Part shown: piece by piece, positions 43,195-56,805 of the stretch
Layout: each line of letters opens with the position of its first letter
How positions within the stretch are numbered: the first letter of the stretch is position 1
Assembly: GCA_000146045.2 (NCBI GenBank)
Contig: BK006943.2
Span: 512,001-576,000 of the forward strand
Direction: 5' to 3'
DNA: 64,000 nt
From: TPA_inf: Saccharomyces
Lineage: Eukaryota
Position numbers and translations under genes: made by a program
Notes under the pieces: generated by a model
Database searches by the model: none
Told to the model about the DNA's origin: nothing
Seen by the model: only the letters and a program-made list of their open reading frames with translations

Positions 43195-43572
43195 ATGTCT
43201 GTTGTAGGATCGTTAATTTTTTGCTTGGACTGTGGTGATCTCCTGGAAAATCCTAATGCCGTATTAGGCTCTAACGTTGAATGCAGCCAATGTAAAGCCA
43301 TATATCCCAAGTCACAATTCTCCAATTTAAAAGTCGTCACCACGACGGCAGACGATGCGTTTCCATCTTCTCTTAGAGCCAAGAAATCCGTGGTTAAAAC
43401 TTCTTTGAAGAAGAACGAACTGAAAGACGGCGCTACTATCAAGGAAAAGTGTCCTCAGTGTGGAAATGAAGAGATGAACTATCATACTTTACAGTTAAGA
43501 TCTGCAGATGAAGGTGCTACTGTCTTCTATACATGCACTTCCTGTGGTTACAAGTTCCGTACCAACAATTGA
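43195..43572 (+). CDS. RPA12: RNA polymerase I subunit A12.2, 125 aa
   Basis: Two zinc ribbons are present: CLDCGDL...CSQCKA N-terminal, and CPQCGNEEMNYHTLQLRSADEGATVFYTCTSCGYKF, a C-terminal TFIIS-type ribbon. Length is 125 aa. Confidence 0.93.
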   Translation: MSVVGSLIFCLDCGDLLENPNAVLGSNVECSQCKAIYPKSQFSNLKVVTTTADDAFPSSLRAKKSVVKTSLKKNELKDGATIKEKCPQCGNEEMNYHTLQLRSADEGATVFYTCTSCGYKFRTNN

Positions 43573-43913
43573 TTGGGTTGTGTTCGCACATATTACAATT
43601 TGTACATTAATATCATCCCCGCTTTCATCATGTGAACATCTATAGAACATCATTTATAAAAACAAAAAATCTATGTACTGACGATATAATAGCGTACATT
43701 ATCATATTATTCTTACTATTTATCATACTCATCGCATCTACTGTTCTCGAGAACGTGTAAAGTGATTTATGCCATTGAATGAAAAATTTTGTTAAGGAAC
43801 AACTAGAAATATAATAGTGTCTTGGTGGATGTGGCAAATGAGGTGTGCGTGATAAAGAGCTACAAACTCAAAGTAATAACAGCTATCATCCATTTTTATA
43901 GCAATATTTGAAA

Positions 43914-45602
43914 ATGGCTGCTCGTCCACAACAACCTCCTATGGAAATGCCGGATCTGTCGAACGCCATTGTGGCACAAGACGAGATGGGTAGACCCTTT
44001 ATTATCGTGAAGGATCAAGGTAACAAGAAGAGACAGCACGGATTAGAGGCCAAGAAATCACATATATTGGCTGCTAGATCAGTAGCTTCTATTATCAAAA
44101 CTTCGTTGGGTCCCCGTGGGTTAGATAAGATCTTGATTTCACCTGACGGTGAAATCACCATCACTAACGATGGTGCTACAATTTTGTCCCAAATGGAGCT
44201 AGATAATGAGATTGCAAAGTTGTTAGTACAACTTTCCAAATCTCAAGATGATGAAATTGGTGATGGTACTACTGGTGTTGTTGTTCTGGCAAGTGCGCTA
44301 CTTGACCAAGCATTGGAGTTAATTCAAAAGGGTATACATCCAATCAAAATCGCTAATGGATTTGATGAAGCCGCCAAATTAGCCATTTCCAAGTTAGAAG
44401 AAACATGTGACGACATTTCTGCGTCAAACGATGAATTGTTCAGGGACTTTTTATTGAGGGCCGCCAAAACTTCTTTGGGCTCCAAAATTGTTTCCAAGGA
44501 TCATGATAGATTTGCTGAAATGGCTGTGGAAGCCGTCATAAATGTCATGGACAAAGATCGTAAAGACGTGGATTTCGATTTAATCAAAATGCAAGGACGG
44601 GTTGGCGGATCTATAAGCGATTCAAAATTGATTAATGGTGTCATTTTGGATAAAGATTTTTCTCATCCACAAATGCCTAAATGTGTTTTACCAAAAGAGG
44701 GCTCTGATGGTGTTAAGTTAGCTATATTAACGTGTCCATTTGAACCTCCTAAACCAAAGACCAAGCATAAATTAGACATTTCTTCAGTAGAAGAATACCA
44801 AAAATTACAGACTTATGAACAAGATAAGTTCAAAGAAATGATAGACGATGTGAAGAAAGCGGGCGCAGATGTTGTTATATGCCAATGGGGGTTTGACGAT
44901 GAGGCCAATCATCTACTTCTACAGAATGATTTACCTGCCGTAAGATGGGTAGGTGGCCAAGAACTAGAACACATTGCCATTTCCACAAACGGTCGCATTG
45001 TTCCAAGATTTCAAGACTTGTCTAAGGATAAATTAGGTACATGTTCCAGAATTTACGAGCAGGAGTTTGGTACTACTAAGGATCGTATGCTGATTATCGA
45101 GCAAAGTAAAGAAACAAAAACTGTAACATGTTTTGTTCGCGGTTCCAATAAAATGATCGTGGATGAAGCTGAACGTGCATTGCATGACTCACTATGTGTG
45201 GTACGTAACTTGGTTAAAGACTCACGTGTAGTTTACGGTGGGGGAGCAGCCGAAGTGACTATGTCCCTGGCTGTCTCTGAGGAAGCTGATAAGCAACGTG
45301 GTATTGATCAGTATGCATTCCGTGGATTCGCCCAAGCGTTAGACACCATTCCAATGACTTTGGCTGAAAATTCTGGTCTTGATCCAATCGGAACTTTGTC
45401 TACATTGAAAAGTAAACAACTGAAAGAAAAGATTTCCAACATTGGTGTCGATTGCTTAGGTTACGGGTCTAATGACATGAAGGAACTATTTGTCGTTGAT
45501 CCATTTATTGGCAAAAAGCAGCAAATTCTTTTAGCTACTCAATTATGTAGAATGATTTTAAAGATTGATAACGTCATCATTAGTGGTAAAGATGAGTATT
45601 GA
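43914..45602 (+). CDS. CCT5: Chaperonin CCT/TRiC epsilon subunit, 562 aa
   Basis: The ATG at 43914 ([12 protein letters not shown]) gives 562 aa. Group II chaperonin motifs are present ([17 protein letters not shown]). The track ORF starts 6 nt upstream at a TTG. Confidence 0.93.
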
Positions 45603-45808
45603 TTTTGTATAAATAAATAATAAAAGATAAGTTTTAATCACATATCCCACAATTTTTTTTCTCAGATCAGCATTTGGGGTTACTTGATTGTACATATACG
45701 TGTATATAATCAGTTGTATACGTATATTTAAATGAAGTGAGGGGCGTTTCAGTTATTTGCATTTGTTTTTGTACCTTTTTCCTTATAAGATGAGTCATGA
45801 CTCAATAA

Positions 45809-47158
45809 TCAAACCATGTTGAAAAGGCTGAAATTTCTAACAATTTCCGGACCATATTCCTCATAATCTTTCTTAGTGTGACAGTAGCCTTTGAATTCGG
45901 CTGTTTGTGCCAGCAGCGAGCCACCAAACCAGACAGCGTTTCTCTGCTTCCGATGAGAAATCACGGAAACATCTACACCAGTCGATTTAGTTCCACTTAA
46001 CAGCTCACTTTGTGCGATTCTGTTATTTACGATAGACTTTAGATCTCTTTGTAAACGACGTCCAAAATCTTTGAACATGGTAGACCCACCTGATAGTACA
46101 ATATTGTTGTATAAACCTTTACGGACGTCAATAGGGCAAGCCTGGATAGTTTGATCCACTACCGTGGGTAAAGGAGTCAAGAAGTCTGAGGATGCAATTT
46201 CTGGATTGAAGAAGATTTCAGGTGCTAAGAATCTTTCGTAACCAATATCTACGACTTTTCTCCTTGTCTTTTCTTGGTTTTCCACCACAAATTGGGCAAA
46301 TTTAGAAGGATCTTTATCGAATTTGTTAAACTCCTTTACAATATCTGGACAGACGTAACAGTATTCTTGCTTAATCTTTTCGGCAGTTCTCAAGGAAGTG
46401 TCTGCTTCACCACGTTCTCTTAGCAAGGATTGGATGAACAATGTGATGTCTCTACCGGCTATTGGAATGTTTTTAATTGCTGAGCCAATGACGTAACCTT
46501 CCGCCACTGGGATGACGTGGGTGACACCATCACCAGAATCTATAACAGTACCAGTTAATGATCTATCCGTGACTTTTGAAGAGGTCCATGACGCAGCCAG
46601 AGCCAAAACTGCTTGCACAGCAATATATAGACCAGCACAATTAAATGATTCAAAAAAAATCTCCGCCACTTGCTCTCTGTTTTCTGGAGGATTCAGTGGT
46701 GGTTCGGTCAATAGGAAAAAATGATCTTCAGGCTCTGTTCTTAAATACTTGAAGATGGAATTTTCCCAGAATCTTTCCATGTGATCCCAATTTTCCACTT
46801 GACCGTGTCTGATTGGATAGCTCAAAGAGTAAGAGGGTCCTTGGGATGCTACTAAAGCCTCATTTCCAATATAGAAATCCAAATCTTCTGTACCTCTTTT
46901 ACCGGATAAATTATTAGACAGCAAACCACCTGTTGCACCATTGAAATTGGTTGCAGAGGTGGAATTTCCAAAGTATGATGCTTCATTACTAACTGCTGAG
47001 GGCGCACCAACGCCCGAGGACTTCTTTGTATTTGAAGGTGCAGCTGTGGCTATTGCAGTAGGGAAGACCCAGGAGGGAGAATCATTACCGGCGAAACCGA
47101 GCTTGGTCAGCCCGGTACCATTGTCCATGACAACAGCGGGATTGTTTAAGTATGACAT
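45809..47158 (-). CDS. ARP3: Actin-related protein 3 (Arp2/3 complex), 449 aa
   Basis: The actin fold is evident ([16 protein letters not shown], ...[15 protein letters not shown]). Length is 449 aa. Confidence 0.95.
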   Translation of the reverse strand: MSYLNNPAVVMDNGTGLTKLGFAGNDSPSWVFPTAIATAAPSNTKKSSGVGAPSAVSNEASYFGNSTSATNFNGATGGLLSNNLSGKRGTEDLDFYIGNEALVASQGPSYSLSYPIRHGQVENWDHMERFWENSIFKYLRTEPEDHFFLLTEPPLNPPENREQVAEIFFESFNCAGLYIAVQAVLALAASWTSSKVTDRSLTGTVIDSGDGVTHVIPVAEGYVIGSAIKNIPIAGRDITLFIQSLLRERGEADTSLRTAEKIKQEYCYVCPDIVKEFNKFDKDPSKFAQFVVENQEKTRRKVVDIGYERFLAPEIFFNPEIASSDFLTPLPTVVDQTIQACPIDVRKGLYNNIVLSGGSTMFKDFGRRLQRDLKSIVNNRIAQSELLSGTKSTGVDVSVISHRKQRNAVWFGGSLLAQTAEFKGYCHTKKDYEEYGPEIVRNFSLFNMV

Positions 47159-47415
47159 TGAATCCTAATTTCTTGCTCAATCGTGAGGCCTTACGGTAGG
47201 GCCAATTCTTGATTAAACTACTCTCATATATTTTTGTTTGAAACTTTTGAAAAGGGGTTCTCGCCATTTTGAAGCCGCGGACAGCCGGGTGACTACTGAA
47301 AGTCCTTATCGAAGGGTCTTCTTGAGCTTACGTTAAAAAAGAGCCATAGTAGCTTCACGAGAGAGTCATTGGTAAAGTGAAACATACATCAACCGGCTAG
47401 CAGGTTTGCATTGAT

Positions 47416-50400
47416 ATGGAACCGCATGAGGAGCAGATTTGGAAGAGTAAACTTTTGAAAGCGGCTAACAACGATATGGACATGGATAGAAATGTGCCGT
47501 TGGCACCGAATCTGAATGTGAATATGAACATGAAAATGAATGCGAGCAGGAACGGGGATGAATTCGGTCTGACTTCTAGTAGGTTTGATGGAGTGGTGAT
47601 TGGCAGTAATGGGGATGTAAATTTTAAGCCCATTTTGGAGAAAATTTTCCGCGAATTAACCAGTGATTACAAGGAGGAACGAAAATTGGCCAGTATTTCA
47701 TTATTTGATCTACTAGTATCCTTGGAACATGAATTGTCGATAGAAGAGTTCCAAGCAGTTTCAAATGACATAAACAATAAGATTTTGGAGCTGGTCCATA
47801 CAAAAAAAACGAGCACTAGGGTAGGGGCTGTTCTATCCATAGACACTTTGATTTCATTCTACGCATATACTGAAAGGTTGCCTAACGAAACTTCACGACT
47901 GGCTGGTTACCTTCGAGGGCTAATACCTTCTAATGATGTAGAGGTCATGAGACTCGCTGCAAAGACTCTGGGCAAGTTAGCCGTTCCAGGAGGTACATAT
48001 ACCTCTGATTTCGTGGAATTTGAGATAAAGTCTTGCTTAGAATGGCTTACTGCCTCCACGGAAAAGAATTCATTCTCGAGTTCGAAGCCAGACCATGCTA
48101 AACATGCTGCGCTTCTGATTATAACAGCGTTGGCAGAGAATTGTCCTTATTTACTCTACCAATACTTGAATTCCATACTAGATAACATTTGGAGAGCACT
48201 AAGAGACCCACATTTGGTGATCAGAATTGATGCGTCCATTACATTGGCCAAATGTCTTTCCACCCTACGAAATAGGGATCCTCAGTTAACTAGCCAGTGG
48301 GTGCAGAGATTGGCTACAAGTTGTGAATACGGATTTCAAGTAAACACATTAGAATGCATCCATGCAAGTTTGTTGGTTTATAAGGAAATCTTGTTTTTGA
48401 AGGATCCCTTTTTGAATCAAGTGTTCGACCAAATGTGTCTAAATTGCATAGCTTATGAAAATCATAAAGCGAAAATGATTAGAGAAAAGATTTACCAGAT
48501 TGTTCCCCTATTAGCATCGTTCAATCCTCAATTATTTGCTGGCAAATATTTGCACCAAATTATGGACAACTATTTAGAGATTTTAACCAATGCTCCAGCA
48601 AATAAAATACCACATCTCAAAGATGACAAACCACAGATTTTAATATCGATTGGTGATATTGCATATGAAGTCGGGCCCGATATCGCACCTTATGTGAAAC
48701 AAATTCTTGATTATATTGAACATGATTTACAGACGAAATTCAAATTCAGAAAGAAATTTGAAAATGAAATTTTCTACTGCATCGGAAGATTGGCAGTTCC
48801 CTTGGGCCCCGTTCTAGGTAAATTATTAAACAGAAATATACTGGACCTGATGTTCAAATGCCCTCTTTCCGACTATATGCAGGAAACGTTTCAAATTCTG
48901 ACTGAGAGAATACCATCACTAGGCCCCAAAATAAATGACGAGTTGCTTAACCTAGTCTGTTCAACCTTATCTGGAACACCATTTATCCAGCCAGGGTCAC
49001 CAATGGAGATACCATCGTTTTCGAGAGAAAGAGCAAGAGAATGGAGAAATAAAAACATCCTACAGAAAACTGGTGAAAGTAACGATGATAATAATGATAT
49101 AAAAATCATTATACAAGCTTTTAGAATGTTAAAAAATATCAAAAGCAGATTTTCGTTGGTGGAATTCGTGAGAATTGTTGCACTTTCTTACATTGAGCAT
49201 ACAGATCCCAGAGTAAGGAAACTAGCTGCGTTGACATCTTGTGAAATTTACGTCAAGGATAACATCTGCAAACAAACATCACTACACTCTCTGAACACTG
49301 TATCTGAAGTGTTATCAAAGCTTCTAGCCATTACGATTGCGGACCCTTTACAAGATATCCGTTTAGAAGTTTTAAAGAATCTTAATCCATGTTTCGATCC
49401 CCAGTTGGCACAACCAGATAATTTGAGACTCTTGTTTACTGCACTGCACGATGAGTCGTTCAATATTCAGTCAGTAGCAATGGAGCTTGTCGGTAGGTTG
49501 TCTTCCGTAAACCCTGCATACGTCATCCCATCGATAAGAAAAATACTACTGGAACTGCTAACAAAATTAAAATTCTCAACTTCTTCTCGAGAAAAGGAAG
49601 AAACTGCCAGTTTGTTATGTACTCTTATCAGGTCGAGTAAAGATGTTGCGAAACCTTATATCGAACCTCTTTTAAATGTTCTTTTACCAAAATTCCAAGA
49701 TACCTCTTCAACGGTTGCATCAACTGCACTGAGAACTATAGGTGAGCTATCTGTTGTAGGGGGCGAAGATATGAAGATATATCTTAAGGATTTGTTTCCT
49801 TTAATTATCAAAACATTTCAGGATCAATCAAACTCTTTCAAGAGAGAAGCTGCACTTAAGGCCCTTGGTCAACTTGCAGCCTCATCTGGTTACGTGATAG
49901 ATCCTTTACTCGACTATCCCGAATTATTGGGTATATTGGTGAATATATTGAAGACAGAAAACTCTCAAAATATTAGGAGACAAACAGTCACTTTGATAGG
50001 TATACTGGGAGCTATCGACCCATATCGCCAAAAAGAACGTGAGGTTACCTCTACTACCGATATATCTACAGAACAGAACGCCCCGCCTATCGACATTGCT
50101 CTTCTCATGCAGGGCATGTCTCCTTCGAATGATGAGTATTATACCACTGTTGTCATTCACTGCCTGCTAAAAATCCTAAAAGATCCATCCCTATCATCTT
50201 ACCACACTGCCGTGATCCAAGCGATTATGCATATTTTTCAAACCCTTGGTCTAAAATGTGTTTCATTCTTGGACCAGATCATCCCAACTATTTTGGACGT
50301 AATGCGTACATGCTCTCAGTCACTATTAGAATTTTACTTCCAACAGCTTTGCTCTTTGATTATTATCGTAAGGCAACACATAAGACCTCATGTCGATTCT

Positions 50401-53400
50401 ATATTCCAGGCTATCAAAGATTTTTCTTCGGTTGCTAAGCTACAAATAACGCTTGTAAGTGTTATTGAAGCAATATCAAAGGCTCTGGAGGGTGAATTCA
50501 AAAGATTGGTCCCTCTTACTCTGACCTTGTTCCTTGTAATTTTGGAGAATGACAAGTCTAGTGACAAGGTCCTCTCCAGAAGGGTATTGAGACTGTTAGA
50601 ATCGTTTGGTCCTAACTTAGAAGGTTATTCGCATTTGATTACACCCAAGATAGTTCAAATGGCAGAATTCACCAGCGGGAACCTACAAAGGTCTGCAATA
50701 ATTACTATTGGCAAACTGGCCAAGGATGTTGACCTTTTTGAGATGTCCTCAAGAATTGTTCACTCTTTACTTAGGGTACTAAGTTCAACAACGAGTGACG
50801 AACTCTCAAAAGTCATTATGAATACTTTAAGTCTACTGCTAATACAAATGGGCACATCCTTTGCTATCTTCATCCCTGTCATTAATGAAGTTTTAATGAA
50901 GAAACATATTCAACACACAATATATGATGACTTGACAAACAGAATATTAAACAATGATGTTTTACCCACAAAAATTCTTGAAGCAAATACAACGGATTAT
51001 AAGCCCGCGGAACAAATGGAGGCAGCAGATGCTGGGGTCGCAAAATTACCTATAAACCAATCAGTTTTGAAAAGTGCATGGAATTCTAGCCAACAAAGAA
51101 CTAAAGAAGATTGGCAGGAATGGAGCAAACGTCTATCCATTCAATTATTAAAAGAGTCACCCTCCCATGCTCTAAGAGCTTGTTCAAATCTTGCAAGCAT
51201 GTATTATCCACTAGCCAAAGAACTTTTTAATACCGCATTCGCATGTGTTTGGACCGAACTTTATAGCCAATATCAAGAAGATTTAATTGGGTCATTATGT
51301 ATAGCCTTATCTTCTCCCTTAAATCCACCAGAAATACATCAAACATTGTTAAACCTGGTAGAATTTATGGAACACGATGACAAGGCATTACCAATACCAA
51401 CTCAAAGCCTGGGCGAGTATGCTGAAAGATGTCACGCCTATGCCAAAGCGCTACATTATAAAGAGATTAAATTTATTAAAGAGCCTGAGAACTCAACTAT
51501 TGAATCATTGATCAGCATTAACAACCAGCTGAATCAAACGGATGCTGCAATTGGTATATTAAAGCATGCCCAACAACATCATTCACTTCAATTAAAGGAG
51601 ACATGGTTTGAAAAATTAGAGCGTTGGGAAGATGCACTACATGCTTATAATGAACGTGAAAAGGCAGGTGATACTTCCGTGAGCGTTACACTCGGTAAGA
51701 TGAGATCCCTTCATGCCCTTGGCGAATGGGAACAGTTGTCGCAATTGGCAGCTAGAAAGTGGAAAGTTTCGAAGCTACAAACTAAGAAGCTAATAGCTCC
51801 CTTGGCAGCTGGTGCTGCGTGGGGGTTGGGAGAGTGGGATATGCTTGAGCAATATATCAGCGTTATGAAACCTAAATCTCCAGATAAGGAATTTTTTGAT
51901 GCAATTTTATACTTGCACAAGAATGATTACGACAATGCTAGTAAGCATATATTAAACGCCAGAGATTTGCTTGTGACTGAAATTTCCGCGTTGATCAATG
52001 AAAGTTATAATAGAGCATATAGCGTTATTGTTAGAACTCAAATAATAACAGAGTTTGAGGAAATCATCAAGTATAAACAATTGCCACCTAATTCCGAGAA
52101 AAAACTTCACTATCAAAATCTTTGGACAAAAAGACTGCTGGGCTGCCAAAAAAATGTCGATTTATGGCAAAGAGTGCTTAGAGTAAGATCATTGGTAATA
52201 AAGCCCAAGCAAGACCTGCAAATATGGATAAAATTTGCAAATTTGTGCAGAAAATCTGGTAGAATGAGGCTAGCAAATAAGGCATTGAATATGCTACTAG
52301 AAGGAGGCAACGATCCTAGTTTACCAAATACGTTCAAAGCTCCTCCCCCAGTTGTTTACGCGCAACTAAAATATATTTGGGCTACAGGAGCTTATAAAGA
52401 AGCATTAAACCACTTGATAGGATTTACATCCAGGTTAGCGCATGATCTTGGTTTGGATCCGAATAATATGATCGCGCAAAGTGTCAAACTCTCAAGTGCA
52501 AGTACTGCTCCGTATGTTGAGGAATACACAAAATTATTAGCTCGATGTTTTTTAAAGCAAGGTGAGTGGAGAATAGCAACACAACCGAACTGGAGAAACA
52601 CAAATCCGGATGCAATTCTTGGTTCTTATCTATTGGCTACACATTTCGATAAAAATTGGTACAAGGCATGGCATAATTGGGCCTTAGCTAATTTTGAAGT
52701 AATATCCATGGTTCAGGAAGAGACTAAGCTCAACGGAGGTAAGAATGATGATGATGATGACACGGCAGTTAATAATGATAATGTGCGGATTGACGGTAGT
52801 ATCCTAGGAAGTGGTTCTTTGACTATTAATGGCAACAGATACCCGCTAGAGCTTATTCAAAGACATGTTGTTCCAGCGATCAAGGGCTTTTTTCATTCAA
52901 TATCTCTATTAGAAACAAGTTGTTTGCAAGACACGTTGAGGTTATTGACTCTTTTATTTAACTTTGGTGGTATTAAAGAAGTCTCACAAGCCATGTATGA
53001 AGGCTTCAATTTGATGAAAATAGAGAACTGGCTTGAAGTCTTACCACAGTTGATCTCTCGTATACATCAGCCAGATCCTACGGTGAGTAATTCCCTTTTG
53101 TCGTTGCTTTCTGATTTAGGGAAAGCTCATCCACAAGCTCTCGTGTATCCTTTAACTGTCGCGATCAAGTCTGAATCTGTTTCAAGACAAAAAGCGGCTC
53201 TTTCAATAATAGAGAAAATTAGGATTCATAGTCCAGTCCTGGTAAACCAGGCAGAATTAGTTAGTCACGAGTTGATCAGAGTAGCCGTTCTATGGCACGA
53301 ATTATGGTATGAAGGACTGGAAGATGCGAGCCGCCAATTTTTCGTTGAACATAACATAGAAAAAATGTTTTCTACTTTAGAACCTTTACATAAACACTTA

Positions 53401-54828
53401 GGCAATGAGCCTCAAACGTTAAGTGAGGTATCGTTTCAGAAATCATTTGGTAGAGATTTGAACGATGCCTACGAATGGTTGAATAACTACAAAAAGTCAA
53501 AAGACATCAATAATTTGAACCAAGCTTGGGATATTTATTATAACGTCTTCAGAAAAATAACACGTCAAATACCACAGTTACAAACCTTAGACTTACAGCA
53601 TGTTTCTCCCCAGCTTCTGGCTACTCATGATCTCGAATTGGCTGTTCCTGGGACATATTTCCCAGGAAAACCTACCATTAGAATAGCGAAGTTTGAGCCA
53701 TTATTTTCTGTGATCTCTTCGAAGCAAAGGCCAAGAAAATTCTCCATCAAGGGTAGCGACGGTAAAGATTATAAATACGTTTTAAAGGGACATGAAGATA
53801 TAAGACAAGATAGCCTTGTTATGCAATTATTTGGTCTAGTTAACACTTTGTTGAAGAATGATTCAGAGTGTTTCAAGAGACATTTGGATATCCAACAATA
53901 CCCGGCTATTCCATTGTCGCCTAAATCTGGTTTACTAGGATGGGTACCAAATAGTGACACATTCCACGTTTTGATCAGAGAACACCGTGATGCCAAAAAA
54001 ATTCCGTTGAACATTGAACATTGGGTTATGTTACAAATGGCCCCCGATTATGAGAATTTGACTCTTTTACAAAAAATTGAAGTATTCACGTACGCTTTAG
54101 ATAATACAAAAGGCCAAGACCTTTATAAAATATTATGGTTAAAGAGTAGGTCGTCAGAGACATGGCTAGAACGTAGAACAACTTATACGAGATCTTTAGC
54201 AGTTATGTCCATGACTGGTTATATTCTGGGACTAGGTGATCGCCATCCAAGCAACCTGATGCTAGATAGAATCACCGGTAAAGTTATCCACATTGATTTC
54301 GGCGATTGTTTTGAAGCTGCCATCTTAAGAGAAAAGTATCCAGAAAAAGTGCCATTTAGACTAACTAGGATGTTAACATACGCAATGGAAGTTAGTGGAA
54401 TTGAAGGCAGTTTCCGAATTACTTGTGAAAATGTCATGAGAGTCTTAAGAGATAATAAAGAATCATTAATGGCGATCTTGGAAGCTTTTGCGCTTGATCC
54501 TTTGATCCATTGGGGATTTGATTTACCGCCACAAAAACTTACTGAGCAAACTGGAATTCCTTTGCCGTTGATTAATCCTAGTGAATTATTAAGGAAGGGG
54601 GCAATTACTGTCGAAGAAGCGGCAAATATGGAAGCAGAACAACAAAATGAGACCAAAAACGCCAGAGCAATGCTTGTTTTGAGACGTATTACAGATAAAT
54701 TAACGGGCAATGATATCAAGAGGTTCAATGAATTAGACGTCCCTGAGCAGGTTGATAAACTGATCCAACAAGCCACTTCTATTGAAAGGTTATGTCAACA
54801 TTATATTGGATGGTGCCCATTCTGGTGA
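47416..54828 (+). CDS. TOR1: Target of rapamycin kinase 1 (PIKK family; HEAT repeats, FAT, FRB, kinase and FATC domains), 2470 aa
   Basis: 2470 aa. The FRB segment is [21 protein letters not shown]. The kinase catalytic loop is [28 protein letters not shown]. The FATC tail is [10 protein letters not shown]. Confidence 0.97.
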
Positions 54829-55018
54829 CTGCGGTGTCATTTTTCATTTCGTGCTTTGTTTACTATTTATTTTTTTTGTATTACGCATTTGTATACGTGT
54901 GCAAGTATTGTGTATTATTATTATTATTATCATTATTTTTGTAATATCTCGTCATTATGTGAAATGAAGGATGATATAAGGTACATAAATTGTGAAATCA
55001 ACTCCATTTAAAACAACT

Positions 55019-55444
55019 TTATTGGATAGATGGCACATGGTACTTTTCACAATAGGTATTGGCAATATCAGTCCATTTTGTTATGAGCGGATGTTTTTCT
55101 TGCAAGTCAAAGTTTGGATCAAATATGGACTTACTAAGTACTTTGTTAATGCGTAATTCTTTTTGAGCATCAATATATGCCTTACTGAGGTCCTCATCTT
55201 CATCACCAAAACGTGTTCGTAGGCCAAGTAAAATCCCCATAATTATGCCAACTTGTTTCCCTAATTTAGCGCCCGTTGGGAAACCATCATTGAAACCCTC
55301 TTGCAGCTTTTCTTCTTTAGAACTCACTATTCCGTCCAAGTACCCCCTCTTGCTATGATTCTCTCTTAACTTCACTAAATCTGGAGATCGTTCAGTTTCG
55401 ACATCACTGTCTGATGCCCATACATCGTCCCAAGTATTCGACAT
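55019..55444 (-). CDS. YAE1: Yae1, essential adaptor (with Lto1) for Fe-S cluster delivery to Rli1, 141 aa
   Basis: 141 aa with a deca-GX3 glycine-zipper motif (GFNDGFPTGAKLGKQVGIIMGILLG). It is divergent from RFC2. Confidence 0.9.
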   Translation of the reverse strand: MSNTWDDVWASDSDVETERSPDLVKLRENHSKRGYLDGIVSSKEEKLQEGFNDGFPTGAKLGKQVGIIMGILLGLRTRFGDEDEDLSKAYIDAQKELRINKVLSKSIFDPNFDLQEKHPLITKWTDIANTYCEKYHVPSIQ

Positions 55445-55642
55445 CTCTATATACTATTGTAACACTGTTCCTTTTTTGTTCTCTTCTATCAAAAACCTTT
55501 CTCATCGTTATTTTTCACTCTTTTACTTCGCGTATTTCAAAGCAATCAGGAAGTAACTCAAGCGAACAAGTCAATGCTATAAGAGAAGTAAAATAGAGAG
55601 ACAGCGAGAAATACTGGGGGAAAGTATTGGCAATCACTTGAG

Positions 55643-56704
55643 ATGTTTGAAGGGTTTGGTCCAAATAAAAAGCGTAAGATATCAAAGTTAGCCGCAGAGC
55701 AATCATTGGCACAACAACCCTGGGTTGAGAAATACAGGCCCAAAAACCTAGATGAAGTGACAGCTCAAGATCATGCCGTTACTGTTTTGAAGAAAACCTT
55801 AAAGTCAGCTAATCTACCACATATGTTGTTTTATGGTCCCCCAGGAACTGGTAAAACGTCTACCATTTTAGCGCTAACAAAAGAATTATATGGACCCGAC
55901 TTGATGAAATCAAGAATATTGGAGTTGAACGCTTCTGACGAACGTGGTATCTCTATTGTAAGAGAAAAGGTAAAAAATTTTGCAAGATTGACTGTATCCA
56001 AGCCTAGCAAACATGACTTGGAGAACTATCCGTGCCCACCGTATAAGATCATTATTCTCGATGAGGCCGATTCAATGACTGCCGATGCACAGAGTGCATT
56101 ACGTAGAACAATGGAAACCTATTCAGGAGTAACAAGATTCTGTTTGATTTGTAATTATGTGACAAGAATTATTGACCCGCTAGCGTCCCGTTGTTCCAAA
56201 TTTAGATTCAAAGCCCTAGACGCAAGTAATGCCATTGACCGTTTGAGGTTTATCAGCGAACAAGAAAATGTTAAATGTGATGATGGAGTTTTGGAAAGGA
56301 TCTTGGACATTTCGGCAGGTGACTTGAGAAGAGGCATTACATTATTACAATCCGCTTCCAAGGGGGCGCAATACTTGGGTGATGGTAAAAACATAACTTC
56401 TACCCAAGTGGAAGAATTAGCTGGTGTGGTACCTCATGACATTCTAATAGAAATTGTTGAAAAAGTCAAAAGTGGTGATTTTGATGAGATTAAGAAATAC
56501 GTCAATACGTTTATGAAAAGCGGTTGGTCTGCTGCGTCAGTAGTTAACCAACTACATGAATATTACATCACCAACGATAACTTTGATACGAACTTCAAAA
56601 ATCAAATATCTTGGTTGCTGTTTACTACGGATTCCAGATTAAACAACGGAACGAACGAGCACATCCAATTATTAAACTTATTGGTTAAAATATCCCAACT
56701 CTAA
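55643..56704 (+). CDS. RFC2: Replication factor C subunit 2 (AAA+ clamp loader), 353 aa
   Basis: Walker A GPPGTGKTS, Walker B ILDEAD, the SRC motif (LASRCSKFRF) and sensor 2 are present. Length is 353 aa. Confidence 0.95.
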   Translation: MFEGFGPNKKRKISKLAAEQSLAQQPWVEKYRPKNLDEVTAQDHAVTVLKKTLKSANLPHMLFYGPPGTGKTSTILALTKELYGPDLMKSRILELNASDERGISIVREKVKNFARLTVSKPSKHDLENYPCPPYKIIILDEADSMTADAQSALRRTMETYSGVTRFCLICNYVTRIIDPLASRCSKFRFKALDASNAIDRLRFISEQENVKCDDGVLERILDISAGDLRRGITLLQSASKGAQYLGDGKNITSTQVEELAGVVPHDILIEIVEKVKSGDFDEIKKYVNTFMKSGWSAASVVNQLHEYYITNDNFDTNFKNQISWLLFTTDSRLNNGTNEHIQLLNLLVKISQL

Positions 56705-56805
56705 TATACAGGCATCTTTATATAATTGAATATAGAGGCGACATAAAGTAAGAATAAAAAAAAAAAAATCTATCCATAATTCCTCTTATCTTCTCAGCAC
56801 ATCAC

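Noticed and set aside
54219-54776. 185-aa antisense ORF within the TOR1 kinase/FATC region
   Set aside because: Antisense to strongly conserved TOR1 sequence, so an independent gene is implausible.
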